DNA from: Octopus vulgaris
Taxonomy: Eukaryota
Reading direction: 5' to 3'
Assembly (NCBI GenBank): GCA_951406725.2
Contig: OX597828.1
Location: 66,030,001 to 66,094,000 of the forward strand
DNA length: 64,000 nt
Part shown: one piece after another, positions 11,616 through 23,924 of the stretch
Position numbering within the stretch: the first letter of the stretch is position 1
Layout of the letters: the number at the start of each line of letters is the position of its first letter
Notes under the pieces: generated by a model
What the model saw: the letters and a program-made list of their open reading frames with translations, nothing else
Told to the model about the DNA's origin: nothing
The model's database searches: none
Position numbers and translations under genes: made by a program

Positions 11616-12424
11616 ACGTATAAGCGGTTTAAGCATCCATGCTTCTCTTATGTTACATATTATAGCGTATATTTCTAGTTAGTCTGTTTACAGTTAATGC
11701 AACGCTACTTATTATGTTTCCTATTTGGAAATAGATAAAATTATTTGGCTTTTAAAGTAGGGATATATATAATGATAAAACCATCACTTATAACTTACTT
11801 AAGTGTTATCATTATACACAAATCCGAACTGTAGTTACATAAACACCATAGAGAAATATACTTTCTGGAACACTAACAAACATTAGCGAGAATGTACGTT
11901 GAATATATTTTCGTGTTCTTTTAACCACTATAAGAAAATACAATTTAATAATTACAGAAATACATTTTATATATAAGTTGAAGAACGTGAAGAAAGAGAA
12001 AACATTTTCTTAATTAATTTTTATTATATACATATAGCATTTTTATATTATATACATTTTGAAGAAAAGTAAAATTCGTCGTAGAGAATTACGACTATAT
12101 ATTTTAACTATCTAATTTCTCATTCAAGCTAATATTGAATCTCAACAATTCAAAGAAGACTTGTTGGATTTTCCTTGGACATGGCATGAAAAATCACCAA
12201 TGTCTCAAAGGAGTGAGTGTCGTGGAGTTTAGTTACATCCAACAAACACTGATGATTTTTTATTACCCATAAAGGGCTACACAGAGGGGACAATACAAGC
12301 ATTGGAGACATAAAACATCACAATTACACAAAGTATGAAAATGAAAATGAATTAATGAAAGCGATGCTAACGGCCCCATCCGCTAGCATCACTTAACTGT
12401 TCTTCCTTATACCGGAATGAAATA

Positions 12425-13706
12425 CGAGGGGCGTTCAATAAGTAATGCCCCTGACCCTCTTGCAGTTGTTTGATCTAGCTGAAATTTTGCATGTGCAATT
12501 ATTTATATCTCTATAGATTAAGTGGCAAATTACAGCTCTGAACTAATTGTGGTTTCTGATTTACAGGTGTTTGAACTGAGTCAAGTGTGAAATGGAGCCT
12601 GTTGAGTGTCGAGCAGTGATCTGGTTTTTGTATTTGAAAGGACTCACACCACGGGAGACTTTTGATGAAATGAAAGTAACTTATGGTGATGATGCCCCAT
12701 CATATGACCTTGTAAAACGCTGGCATCGTGAATTCAAACATGGTCGGAACTCTGTGGAAACAGCTCCCAGATCTGGTCGCCCCCTTCTGCCATTGATGAG
12801 GCATCTGTCTGTCAAGTTGAGGCTGCCATTTTGGAAGATCGACGCATAACTATTCGCCAAATAGCCCATGAGGTCAAGATTAGTACCGGGTCTGTGGAAA
12901 CTATCATTCATGACCATTTGTATATACAAAAGGTGTCTGCCAGATGGATTCCCAGGTTGCTCACACCTTTCCAGAAGCAAGAACGCGTCGATTGCTCGAG
13001 GATGAATTTGGAGATGTGCCAAGAAGATGAGTCAAAATTTTTCAAAAGACTGATTGCATAGGATAAAACCTGGGTCCATCACTATGATCCAGAGACCAAA
13101 GCCCAGTCAATGCAGTGGAAGCACCGTGACTCACCCCCTCCAAAGAAGGCAAGGGTGCAGCCCTCCGCTGGCAAGGCCATGCTTACAGTCTTCTGGGACC
13201 AGGACTGAGTAGTGAAGACAGATTTCCTGGCAAAGGGTGCCACAATTACAGGAGTCTATTATGCTTCACTTTTGAGGAAATTAAGAGAAGTTATCAAAAT
13301 CAAGAGGCGGGGCAAGATCAGCAAAGGCATCCTCCTCCTGCAGGACAACGCTCCGGTCCACAACTCGCGTGTCGCCAGATCAGAAGCACAGGCGTGCGGC
13401 TATGAACTCATCCCCCATCTCCTGACCATGCACCCTCTGATTTTCACCTCTTCCCAGCCATGAAGTTGTTTTTGAAAGGAAAGCGTTTCCCAGATGATGC
13501 AGCCTTGATTTCTGAAGTCACGTCGTGGTTGGAGGACCAAGCTGGGGTCTTCTACAAAAACGGTCTTCAGAGCTGCATCAAACGGTGGGAGAAATGCGTA
13601 ACTCTGGGTGGTTCCTATGTAGAAAAAGACTAATAACTGTTCCAAGTTTCGTTGCTCTACTGCTATGGGAAGTGGGTCAGGGGCATTACTTATTGAACGC
13701 CCCTCG
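12425..13706 (+). mobile_element. Full-length (1282 bp) mariner transposon
   Basis: Perfect TIR CGAGGGGCGTTCAATAAGTAATGCCCCTGACC at both ends; TA target duplication at 12423-12424 and 13707-13708. Confidence 0.95.
12592..13633 (+). pseudogene. Mariner transposase disrupted by frameshifts and stops
   Basis: HTH region, PRSGRP, ARWIPRLL, *DKTWVHHYDPE, LLQDNAPVH, damaged YSPDLAPSDF, terminal GSYVEKD*. Confidence 0.9.
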
Positions 13707-13963
13707 TACATATAGTCCTCTCGTTTAGATTCAAATATTTTTTCCATTATTCTCTCTTTTTCAATTTTATGCCTAACCAATTTATAGTTTTCTTTGAAAA
13801 TTTTTCCCTAAGTTCTTTTACATGGTCTTCCGAAATTACTGCGTGCATTAACCCTGCCTTGTCCCAGCTGTCATTCCATTTCACTTTTCCCCGTTCTTTC
13901 ATTATTTCCCGTATTTCTTCTGAGTTCCAAATACCAAGAATATTGGGCCTAGGATTTTTAAAG

Positions 13964-14887
13964 TTATATTGTGTGTTTGCTGTCTCTTTTTTTTTTTTGT
14001 TGTTTTCTTGTTGGTGGGGAGCTGGTGGGTTCACTGTCTGTAGGTGAAGGGTGGGCCTCAGAGGGTGCGGGTGGTATTGGGGTGGGTTGGGGTTCAGAAC
14101 GATTTGTTTTTCTCCTTCTCCTTTTCCTCCTCCTTCCGACGTCTTCCCATTCTTTTGGTAATTCTTCCTCTTCCGTTGTATTCTGCTCCTCCTCGGTTAC
14201 TACATCTCTCTGTGGTTCCAATCTTATTTCCTTTGATGGGGGAGGGCAGTTAGCTCTTATGTGGCCATTCTGGCCACACTTGTAACAGCGAGGAGCTCTA
14301 CCCTCCACCCACACTCTCATAATAATGTTTCTCATTTTAATGTTTTCTGCTAGTTGCTCTAGCACCTCAGTTTCCGCCTGTACATTCATTTCAGGAACTG
14401 CACCTTTCCCGCCTCCCTCATCCTTCACCGTGGCATGAAGAATGTCCACCTCCTCCTCGCAACCACTGATGATGGCTGCCACAATCCATTCGCCATCGAT
14501 ATCAGGCGGTTTTCCCTCCACCCTGATCCGGATCGTCCTCCTTCCCAGATACGAGGGCAGAAGGAATACCTTCTCCGTCTTCACTGTCTTCGCCACCATT
14601 CTTCTAGCTACTCTTTCATTTTTAAACTGGACCACCACGGTACCAAATCCAACACCTCTTGCCAGAAATACTATTTCCTCTTCTTTCCTTTTCAGGGCTT
14701 CTTCAATTACTTCCATTCCAACTAGCTCGATTTTCCTTTTTTCATTTGCGTAAACCCTGTACGTGATGGTTCTTTTTTCATGCCATTCTTTCCTTTTTTG
14801 TGGCGGTGACAATTCCACTTCACCGCCGACCTTTTTGACGAAATCCTGATAACTTGGCAACTTGGCTAGGTCTATTTCTTTCTCCAC
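13964..14887 (-). CDS. Gag/ORF1-like CCHC zinc-knuckle protein of a retroelement (307 aa open frame)
   Basis: CYKCGQNGHIRANC knuckle, then acidic, basic (RRRKRRRRK) and proline-rich segments; no pol ORF downstream. Confidence 0.65.
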   Translation of the reverse strand: MEKEIDLAKLPSYQDFVKKVGGEVELSPPQKRKEWHEKRTITYRVYANEKRKIELVGMEVIEEALKRKEEEIVFLARGVGFGTVVVQFKNERVARRMVAKTVKTEKVFLLPSYLGRRTIRIRVEGKPPDIDGEWIVAAIISGCEEEVDILHATVKDEGGGKGAVPEMNVQAETEVLEQLAENIKMRNIIMRVWVEGRAPRCYKCGQNGHIRANCPPPSKEIRLEPQRDVVTEEEQNTTEEEELPKEWEDVGRRRKRRRRKTNRSEPQPTPIPPAPSEAHPSPTDSEPTSSPPTRKQQKKKRDSKHTI

Positions 14888-15214
14888 TGCCCTTGTCGCT
14901 CACGGGTATGTGGTCCCTAGTTCTTTATCCATCTTCTTTACAGCCCTTTCTAAATTCCTCCTCAGAGGTCGATAGATCCGACACACTGAGATTTTCAAAC
15001 ATATTTCGCCTTGCCATCATTCCCTTAGGGAGGGGCAGACCGCTTCTTCCTTGTCTCTCTCAATACAGACAGACAAAAATTTAAAAAACCGTTTAACGTT
15101 TAACAAAATCAACAATATCATTCAAAACAGCCACTCACAGGTTCAAAAAACACGTCCAAGCCAAACTGACATCCAACAAACACTGAAGTTTTTTTTCCCA
15201 AAATCCAGGGTTTT

Positions 15215-16410
15215 TATAACTGCTCAATTTGACTTCAAAGAATCGAAATTACATGCAAATATTCTTTAACTGATTCTTAGTATTCCTATATGAGCAGTTA
15301 TATTAACCGATGGAAAAACGACAATAATATTTCTTCGGCAATACATTATGTCATATTGTCTGCTACCACAAATTGGCGCCTTATTTAAAAATGGCTACTT
15401 GCCAGTAAAATTGTTAAAATTTTGCGAAAAAGAAATTCATAATACACATATTTGGTGTAATATTTCTACAGGTTTTTCGAGACCATTTGTGCCTGAAAAG
15501 CATAGAAAAGTTGTTTTTTCTAGCTTACATAATTTATCTCATCTCGGTATAGAAGCTTCATTGAAATTAATATCAAGTCGTTTTGTTTGACCTGGTATGA
15601 ATAAAGATATTCGTTCTAAACACTTCAGACATCTTCTCGGAGGTAGGTCATTTACTTTATTTACTGACCATAAACCGTTAACATGTGCATTAAAAAGCTC
15701 TTCGGAGGAATATTCTCCAAAGAAATTAGACACCGTGATTTTATTTCACAATTTACTGTGGATGTACGGTATATCAAGGGTGTTGAAAATTCTGCAGCAG
15801 ATGCACTTTCTAAAATGAATGTAGATGCATTAAATTCACTAAACACTATAAATTTGGAAGAAATATCTAAGGATCAAATTGCGGTTAAAGAATTTTCTTT
15901 ATATAAAAATTCCAGTTCAACTTCTTTAAGATTTAAATTGTTGCCGATCCATTCGTGTAATACACATATTTGGTGCAATATTTCTACAGGTTTTTCGAGA
16001 CCATTTGTGCCTGAAAAGCATAGAAAAGTTGTTTTTTCTAGCTTACATAATTTATCTCATCCAGGTATAGAAGCTTCATTGAAATTAAAATCAAGTCGTT
16101 TTGTTTGACCTGGTATGAATAAAGATATTCGTTCCTGGGACAAATCATGTATGCAGTGTCAAAAATCAAAAGTACATCGTCATATCAAAGCACCATTAGG
16201 CACATTTGCAAATCCAGATGCGAAATTCCAACAACTGCACATCGATTTAGTTGGACCCTTAACTCCATGTGAGGATAATATATATTTGTTGACGTGTATA
16301 GATCGTTTCTCGCGATGGCCGGATGCTTATCCGATCAAGGACGTATCTTCAGTAACTATAGCAGAAACCTTATTTACTAATTGGATGTCGAGATTTGGCA
16401 TACCTGTAGT
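15215..16410 (+). mobile_element. Gypsy/Ty3 LTR retrotransposon pol fragments (RNase H, integrase)
   Basis: FTLFTDHKPL, IKGVENSAADALS, HNLSHPG..CMQCQKSK, HIDLVGPL, IDRFSRWP. Confidence 0.9.
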
Positions 16411-16790
16411 GATCCTATACAACAGCGCGCGCGCGCAACGCCCTCTCGCGAATACACGAAGTCCGGAAGAGGGAATTTTGCTGACGTGGCCTTAGCTTAT
16501 TTAGGCGAAGGGAGCGCGAGCCTTAACAAAGAGGCAAGGGAGCGCGAGCCTTAACAAAGAGGCAAGGGAGCGCGAGCCTTAACAAAGAGGCAAGGGAACG
16601 TAAAGCGTTGACCATTAGCGTCCGGCAGACAGCGGCAGGCTTTTCATAGAAGCAGACGTTTAATTCGCTCTCTCTCTGGTTTTGATAGCAGCAGTCTTTT
16701 GGCCGAAGACTTTTAACCTGAATTGTTGCAGACAACATCATCTTCTTCCTCTGGACGCCATTTTTGACCCGTTCTGTTTTTAGCGGGGGC
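16405..16790 (+). mobile_element. GC-rich LTR-like segment with 3 x 28-bp tandem repeat
   Basis: Begins TGTAGTG; unit AAGGGAGCGCGAGCCTTAACAAAGAGGC repeated three times at 16508-16591. Confidence 0.5.
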
Positions 16791-17045
16791 CAGTCAGGCG
16801 GTACTGGCAATGACCTCGCTCGAATCTTTTTACACATGCCACCGGCGTGGGCGCCAGTAAGGCGACGCTGGTAACGATCATGCTCAAATGGTGCCTTTTA
16901 TGTGTCACTGGCACAGAAGCCGGTTTGCCGCTCTGTCAACAGTCACACTCATGGTGCTCTTTGCACCCCGCTAGCACAGATGCCAGTCATTGAATTTGAT
17001 TTCGATTTCACTTGCCTCAACAGGTCTTCGCAAGCAGAGTTTAGA
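16790..17045 (-). mobile_element. RTE 3' UTR-derived repeat
   Basis: Homologous to 23230-23790. Confidence 0.75.
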
Positions 17046-17959
17046 ACATATATACATACACATACACACCACTGAGGCATACAATTACGTCAGTACCTTT
17101 CCCTTTAGTGGTCACCCCCTCCTTCAGTGTGTGTGTGTATGAATGCACTTATAAACCTGCTATGCTTTATTGTCCATTTCTTTTCTCATTGTTTACTGTT
17201 ACATATCTTGATGTTTCAGCAATGTAGATATTTCCTTTTGGTTAAATGTCATTCTTTTGTCTACTTCTAGCCCATATGTAATCTTATAGGATTAAAACAA
17301 CAAACTTTGAAATATATCCTGTCAATTGTAAGTTGGAAGTCAAGAGCCAAAGCTAATATATTGTGCTTATTGAAGTTACAATTTTGGGTTTACTGAAGAC
17401 ATTCCAACTGAATCTAAAATCTTGTGCCAAATAAAGCTAAGGTCATGTGTCTGTTGAGTTTAATATACGAAGTTAGTTGTAAAGCTAAGATTTTTATAGC
17501 TGCTGAAGTTTAAATAGTTGAGCATTCTACCTTAATCTTAATCTGAAAAATAATGATTTCTTTCCATTGAGCACAATACCTAATTTTCAATGCAGATTGG
17601 TGGTTAATGATAGAGGGAAATGAAAGTCAAAGGAGGCCTCGACCAGGATCTAAATACCACTCACAGCATTGCACACACTTTGTAAATCTCTTTGAATTCT
17701 ATCCTCTTCCATCCCTCCAGATCCACCATCTTGTACTCACACACACACACATACCAAGGGCAATTGAAACTTCAATCAATTCAAACCAACAAAGCTACCA
17801 GTCCTAATAATGTCCCTTCCGTTATTCTCATTGTACTTCAGAGCTAGTTTCTATACATCTATACACACCAAACTCTTTTATTTCCTACTCTCTATAGGGA
17901 TCTAACTTTATCTTTGAAGACATGCTACAGCGTATGTGTGTGTGTGTGTGTTTGTGTCC

Positions 17960-19460
17960 TTCTCTAAAATGTAGCCTCTCTGACCCTGCTAACTGTCACT
18001 CTATTGCACTATAAATATCTCTAAGGTGATGATGTCAGCCATTAGCTACAACATCCATCTCTCATTCTCCCCCTCAACTCTTCTCGGTTTCTTTCCCTCT
18101 TTTTATTTTCAGAATGGTTCCTCTAAAGTCAAATCCACAGGTGACCTACTCTCCTCTGTCACTCACCATTGCTCTCTTGTCTTGAAGGAATCTGGTGAAA
18201 GTAATACTGTTGCCATCAACATCCGTAAAGCTTTTGGCTAGGTTTGGCATGACGATCTCCAACCAAAACTTCCTGTTGATGGCAAGAGACTCTGCTGGTG
18301 GCAAGGGACCCTGTTGCTGTCAAGAGCTTCTGCTATTGATGGGTTCCACCCATCTCTCATCTCATAAATTTGTATCTTCCTATCAGACTGCACTATTGCT
18401 ATTTGTTCCTCTTTCTACTAGCTCAGATGTACTCCCTGATTCACTTCTGTCCTCCACTCTCTTCCTTCTATACATCAATAACTTATTTGTGGCTACATCC
18501 ATTAACATCAATCCTTACACAGATATAGAGAATACCAAACGAGTTCCCTATGGATACCGTATTTATTACGAGTGGCTTGTAAACGTATCTAACGAGCGAA
18601 AGCGAGTTAGATACGTTTACAAGCCACGAGTTGTAATAAATACGGTATCCATAGGGAATGAGTTTGGTATTTTATTTATTACACACGAATAAATGACCAT
18701 ATTTTATTAACCCAATAACTAAATTCTTCACGTTTAGTTGTAACTTACGAATTACAAAAGTAGTGCCGTCACCGTGACCTCAAGTCATCACCATGGATTG
18801 ACCAATCAGAAGCAGCGCTGTCACCGTGACCTCGGATCATCACCATGGATTGACCAATCAGAAGCAGCGCTCGCAGTATCTGACATATGTTAGATACCAA
18901 AAATATCTCAAAGTGTTCTCACTCACATGTGTGTAATAATATACTATTCTACATTGTTCCCCAATATTCTTCAGTCAAGACACCACATGTCAAACACACA
19001 CTGATTCCATGAACAGAAATCTTAAAAGTACCCTCCAAAGGGGATATGGCCATCTTGTTTCTTTCAATAGCAATACATAAATATTACATCCGCTCCCTTA
19101 ATCTCGAGCAGTATTCAGAGTCCACAAAACTGCTGATTGTTGGTTCTCACAACCCCCAGAGATCTTTCTTAGGGAAAGCACAGCCTTAACACAGAACTAT
19201 ATCTCAATGACTGGTCCTTCTTTTCAGGGTCAGAAGATACTCTAGCCTCAAACAATTATTGATATCCTACAAAGCTTAGTGGAATTCCACAGTGGACTGT
19301 TGTTTTCACATGAGGTACAGTGCTGCTGCTGCAAACATAGATGTCCTAGACCATATCCAGAATAGGGCCACCCTTCTAATTGATACTATGTCAATCACAG
19401 ATATGTTACGGTCTCTAGCCTACAGGCATGCCGTGTCTCCACTTTCTGCCTTTGCTACTG
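17960..19460 (+). mobile_element. Degenerate CR1/Jockey-type LINE RT fragment
   Basis: INIRKAFG.VWH, SLLSSTLFLLYINNL, YTD|NT (YADD motif split by an insertion), LDHIQNRA. Confidence 0.7.
18525..18938. mobile_element. Non-autonomous palindromic DNA element inserted in the LINE RT motif
   Basis: About 140-bp hairpin 18531-18671 centred on GAGCGAAAGCGAG; about 52-bp tandem duplication 18767-18871 containing TTGACCAATCAGA. Confidence 0.7.
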
Positions 19461-19464
19461 CTAG

Positions 19465-19692
19465 GCGGCAAGCTGGCAGAAACGTTAGCACGCCGGGCGA
19501 AATGCTTAGCGGTATTTTGTCTGCCGCTACGTTCTGAGTTCAAATTCCACCGAGGTCGACTTTGCCTTTTATCCTTTCGGGGTCGATAAATAAAGTACCA
19601 GTTTCGCACTGGTTCGATGTAATCGACTTAATCCGTTTGTCTGTCCTTGTTTGTCCCCTCTATGTTTAGCCCCTTGTGGGTAGTAAAGAAAT
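19465..19692 (+). mobile_element. tRNA-derived SINE (GGCGGCGAGCTGGCAGAA family)
   Basis: Head GAGTTCAAATTCC; core GGTCGACTTTGCCTTTCATCCTTTCGGGGTCGA; other copies near 25365, 29800, 30135, 32390, 41600, 42465, 45325, 52825, 57388, 57620 and 58180. Confidence 0.85.
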
Positions 19693-20239
19693 ATATAATA
19701 ATTGCTCCTGCTCCTTGGAGATGGCTGAACTTACGTCATTTTCCTATATAAAAAGACATAAGTTCCTTCTTTATGTGAATGTTATTGTTTATATATAAAT
19801 TTATTTTACATATTGTACACATGTATGCATCTTAACATAATGCATTCTGTTGTGCTGTATATATATATATATATATATATACGAGCAAAATACCCCCCCA
19901 CCATCCAATGGACGGTGCTGAGTTGTCAAACATTTAAACCAAATTTTCTCAAAACAACTTGTCCGACCGTCCCATAGGCCTCCCCTTTGAGAAACATTGA
20001 TTTAACCTAAATTTGAGACACCAGCAAAAGAAGAAATAAAGATAGACTTTTTTCTATTCTAAAGAAAAACGATTTTAATGCAAATATTGCACGATTAAAA
20101 AGCAAGCAAATAGTCTTTTGTTTCACCTTGAAATAAAGCTTAAACAATCTTGATTGAATACAATAATGGTTTTCTTTCACTAAAAAACACCCTTTTTTTT
20201 GGTTTGAAGCTGTAAGGCAACAAAAATCATTTATTAGCA

Positions 20240-20930
20240 AGAAAATGTTTTTCAGCTCCATTTCTAGTTTTAACAGTGCAATCACCGTGTCTTCAAATGG
20301 TTCCTTATATTTTGGAGTTAGCCTAGACAACCCGTCTGCATGTCCCATTTTCTTTGATGGCAAAAATTCCTTCTGAAATTCACAGTTCAACAGGGTGATC
20401 CCCCAGTGCTATAAACTGTTTGCTGAATGCGTGGGGATACCTTTTTGAACCGAAAATAGACTAACAGTCGGTGATCAGTCTGAAGTGTAAACTTCCTACT
20501 GTGTAGGAATTTATGGAATTTCTTTACTGTGAAAATTAATGATAAAGCCTCCTTTTCGATCTGGTTGTAGGTTTTTTTTCTGCTACTAGGAGAACTCTTG
20601 ATGCATGTGCAATACCTTTGATTTTACACATCATTAAATTTATGCAATATCACAGCTCCTATTCCATATTCACTGGCATCTGATGCCACAATTCTTTTCA
20701 GGTTTGGGTCAAAATGAGTTAATGATAATTCTGATGTTAACCTTTTTTTTTAATTCCTCGAATGCTTTCTGACATTCGTTTGTCCAGTTCCATTTTCTCC
20801 TCTCCATACACACGCAAGCATGTGTCTGACTCATACACTGTTCGCTTTCCAGACATTTGTACATTACTGCATATACTTTTTATGCACTTTTGACAAGTTG
20901 TGGTGCACCTGAGCACTGTATACAATAATT

Positions 20931-21001
<71 letters not shown>

Positions 21002-21165
21002 TCATTGTCTTTCTTTAACAAATTATTCAACAGAGTTCTTAACTCATACATTTTAGGAATATACAGCTGGTAATAACTTACCAGACCTAAAAATGCCTGT
21101 AATATTGCTTTGTTAGTGGGAGCAGACATTATTTTATCACACCGACCGTAGAAGGGTTCGGTTTT
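20240..21165 (-). mobile_element. Gypsy pol fragment (RT connection/RNase H), interrupted by a CR1 tail
   Basis: LQAFLGLVSYY, VASDASEYGIGAV, QIEKEALSLIF, LQTDHR, GHADGLSRL. Confidence 0.8.
20755..21000 (+). mobile_element. CR1-type LINE 3' tail ending in (ATT)n
   Basis: Matches 46735-46910; other copies at 36690-36870 and 42770-42990. Confidence 0.8.
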
Positions 21166-21169
21166 CATT

Positions 21170-22063
21170 CATTTTCATCGATCATCTGTCCCAATATCAT
21201 ATTCGCTTCTCTCCTCCACCTTCTTTCCTCCTGACTTCTCTCCTTCACCACCTCCTGTTTCTGGGGACACCCTGCCTTCATGTGCCCCCCCCCACTCCGC
21301 ATCTAAAGCACATTGGCGGTCCACCCTCACCATGACTCCCAGTCTGGTCCCATCGAACAGGACCATCTCTTCTGTCATTTTGTGTAGGTCAGGCAGGCTG
21401 ACGAGTACCATCACTTCCAGGCCGTACCCCCACCAGTTGACCCCCACTGCCCTTGACACCCTCAACATCTCCCCCCTCTCCCCCGCATTGTAGAGGACAG
21501 CCGCCACAAGCCAGTCCTTGCCCATTTCTGGTGGCACTCTCCCCATTCTCACTCTGGCCGCACGTCCGCCACAGCAAGTAGGTAGGAGCACCCACTGTGC
21601 CGCTCTCAAAGCTACGGTGGAGCACCTCCACCGCGCCAAACCGTCATCCTCTGCTACAGAAAGTCATCCCCTCCCCAACTTCCTTCAAACACTCCTCCAC
21701 CTCTTCAACTCCTCTTGTGTTTATGTTCAGCATTTGGTAAGTGATCACTTTCCCTTCTGACCCCACTGCCACGTCCCTGGGGGGTGCTAGTCTCAAATAT
21801 CCTCCCTCCCTCCTCAACAGGTCCCCAAACCTCCTGCAATCCGTACCCCCACCCCCACTTCCAGCCCCCACACCTGCAACAGCTCCGCTGACAGGCTCAC
21901 TCTTGCCAGTCACTGCAGCACAACTTCCTGCTTGTACTGGTCTGTTTTCCATGTTATTTACCACTTCACACACAAATGAGAAAGACAAATAAAAATCCCA
22001 ACAAATCAGGAAATAGCAGGTTAAGTTCTCACATTTCAACTCACTCAAAAACGCCAACGACAT
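21170..22063 (-). pseudogene. Degenerate gag/ORF1-like CCHC element related to 13964-14887
   Basis: RVRMGRVPPEMGKDWLVAAV is similar to RIRVEGKPPDIDGEWIVAAI; frameshifted C..C...GH....C knuckle near 21270-21320. Confidence 0.6.
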
Positions 22064-23009
22064 CGTAATAACATTGTCAACTCAATGCATTTATTACACT
22101 TAACAATACGCAACTCTCTGCACATGTCCATTTATAATGTGGCACAGTCCATTAGGAGCCAACCAAATAGGGGTGTTCTACTTCCACACAACATATTCAA
22201 TTGCAATATTTTAAAGCAAAAATTCTGGGCAACTCACTGAACATCATTCATGTATTGACTAGTTAACAGCTTAGACTTGATAAATTATGACAGGAAGAAA
22301 CTTATAATATTGTATCTGGGAAGAGTCATTTTCTTTTTGTGCCTTATAATTTAACACACTCACCGGTAATATTTCTACTTATTTCTTATTTTTATTTTCC
22401 TAAAATTTATGTTGTGTCTTGAAACCTTGTCAATAGTCTTGTAAATTTTAGGAAAATAAAAATAAGAAATAAGTGGAAATTTTTACTGGTGTGTGTGTTA
22501 AATTATAAGGCACAAAAAGAAAATGACTCTCCCCAGGTCGGAGATTTGGACAGTACTTGCGTGTATGTGCACACGCACGCAGCTGTATTGCATGCACTAG
22601 CACTATGACCCTGCGTTGCCAGGTCATAGTGCTAGTAAACTTATAATATTTGTATGAAATTGTACTGTATTTACATTATAAAAAGTACAGAACGTGATCC
22701 TTTCATTTATAACTACAGCGATGTAAATTTACTTGTTAAGACACACGCACGTTACCTATTCATTATAAATAGAGACACAAAATATCAGTACAAATATCTC
22801 TATTGTTACAAATTTCTCTCGAAGTATGTATGTGTACATTTTTCATGGTGCACTTTGTGACATAAGAAGGTAAATTCTTGATAACTATTAAATCATAAAT
22901 AAATAAATACAAGAATTTTCCAATTTATTATTGTGCAGCATTTTATGTTCTTTTTTGTTGTTGGGAGTGTGTGCAAACTCTTATTGCATTGCATCAGTTT
23001 CTTTCTTTC

Positions 23010-23790
23010 GAAGGTCGTGCTTCACCACCTCGTCCCAGGTTTTCCGTGGAAGAGGTAGACCCAGGAAAACCTGGGACGAGGTGGTGAAGCACGACCTCGA
23101 ACGTTAGGTCTCACCATGGAAATGACCAGAGACCGAGACCTATGGAAGTATGCTGTGCGTGAGAAGACCCGGCAAGACTAGTGAAGCCATAACCCGTGGC
23201 CCCTACCTGGCCACCTGTGCATACCTTCCTGCTTGTGACACTTGTGAAGACCTGTTGAGGCAAATCAAATCAAAGTCAAATCGAATCAAGTCAAACCAAA
23301 TCAAAATAGATGAACATCAATGGAATTTGTATCCTTGTGGTACCAGTGCCGGTGGCACATAAGAAAACCATCCGAACGGGACCGTAGCCAGTACCGCATC
23401 GACTGGCCTCCGTGCTGTGGGCACGTAACAAACACCGTCCGAGCGTGGCCGTCTGCCAGCCTTGTCTGGCACCTGTGTCGGTGGCACATAAAAACACCAT
23501 CCGAGCGTGGCCGTCTGCCAGCCTTGTCTGGCACCTGTGTCGGTGGCACATAAAAACACCATCCGAGCGTGGCCGTCTGCCAGCCTCGTCTGGCACCTGT
23601 GTCGGTGGCACATAAAATCACCCACTACACTCTCGGAGTGGTTGGCGTTAGGAAGGGCAGCCAGCTGTAGAAACACTGCCAGATCTGACTGGCCTGGTGC
23701 AGCCTTCGGGCTCCCCAGACCCCAGTTGAACCGTCCAACCCATGCTAGCATGGAAAGCGGACGTTAAACGATGATGATGATGATGATGAT
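23010..23790 (+). mobile_element. RTE LINE 3' end: ORF tail, 3' UTR with 62-bp tandem units and (GAT)n tail
   Basis: RGRPRKTWDEVVKHDL..RDRDLWKYAVREKTRQD*; three 62-bp units at 23434-23617; ends CGGACGTTAAACGATGATGATG. Further 3' UTR copies near 27785, 30390, 31130, 34225, 41975, 45145, 47818, 48265, 52960, 53845, 56520, 58045 and 59690. Confidence 0.9.
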
Positions 23791-23924
23791 TGGGAAGTGA
23801 TACAGTTTTTGTTGTATCAGTGTGTTGTGTGTGTAATGCAATGGGTAACCAGCCTGCTGATAGTATATTTCTTTGGATATTTGCTATGTAGGGCAATCCT
23901 TGTGTTTGGGGAATATTTTGTTTA

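Noticed and set aside
23345-23620. Repeat-spacer-like pattern and overlapping ORFs
   Set aside because: Internal tandem units of an RTE 3' UTR present in many dispersed copies
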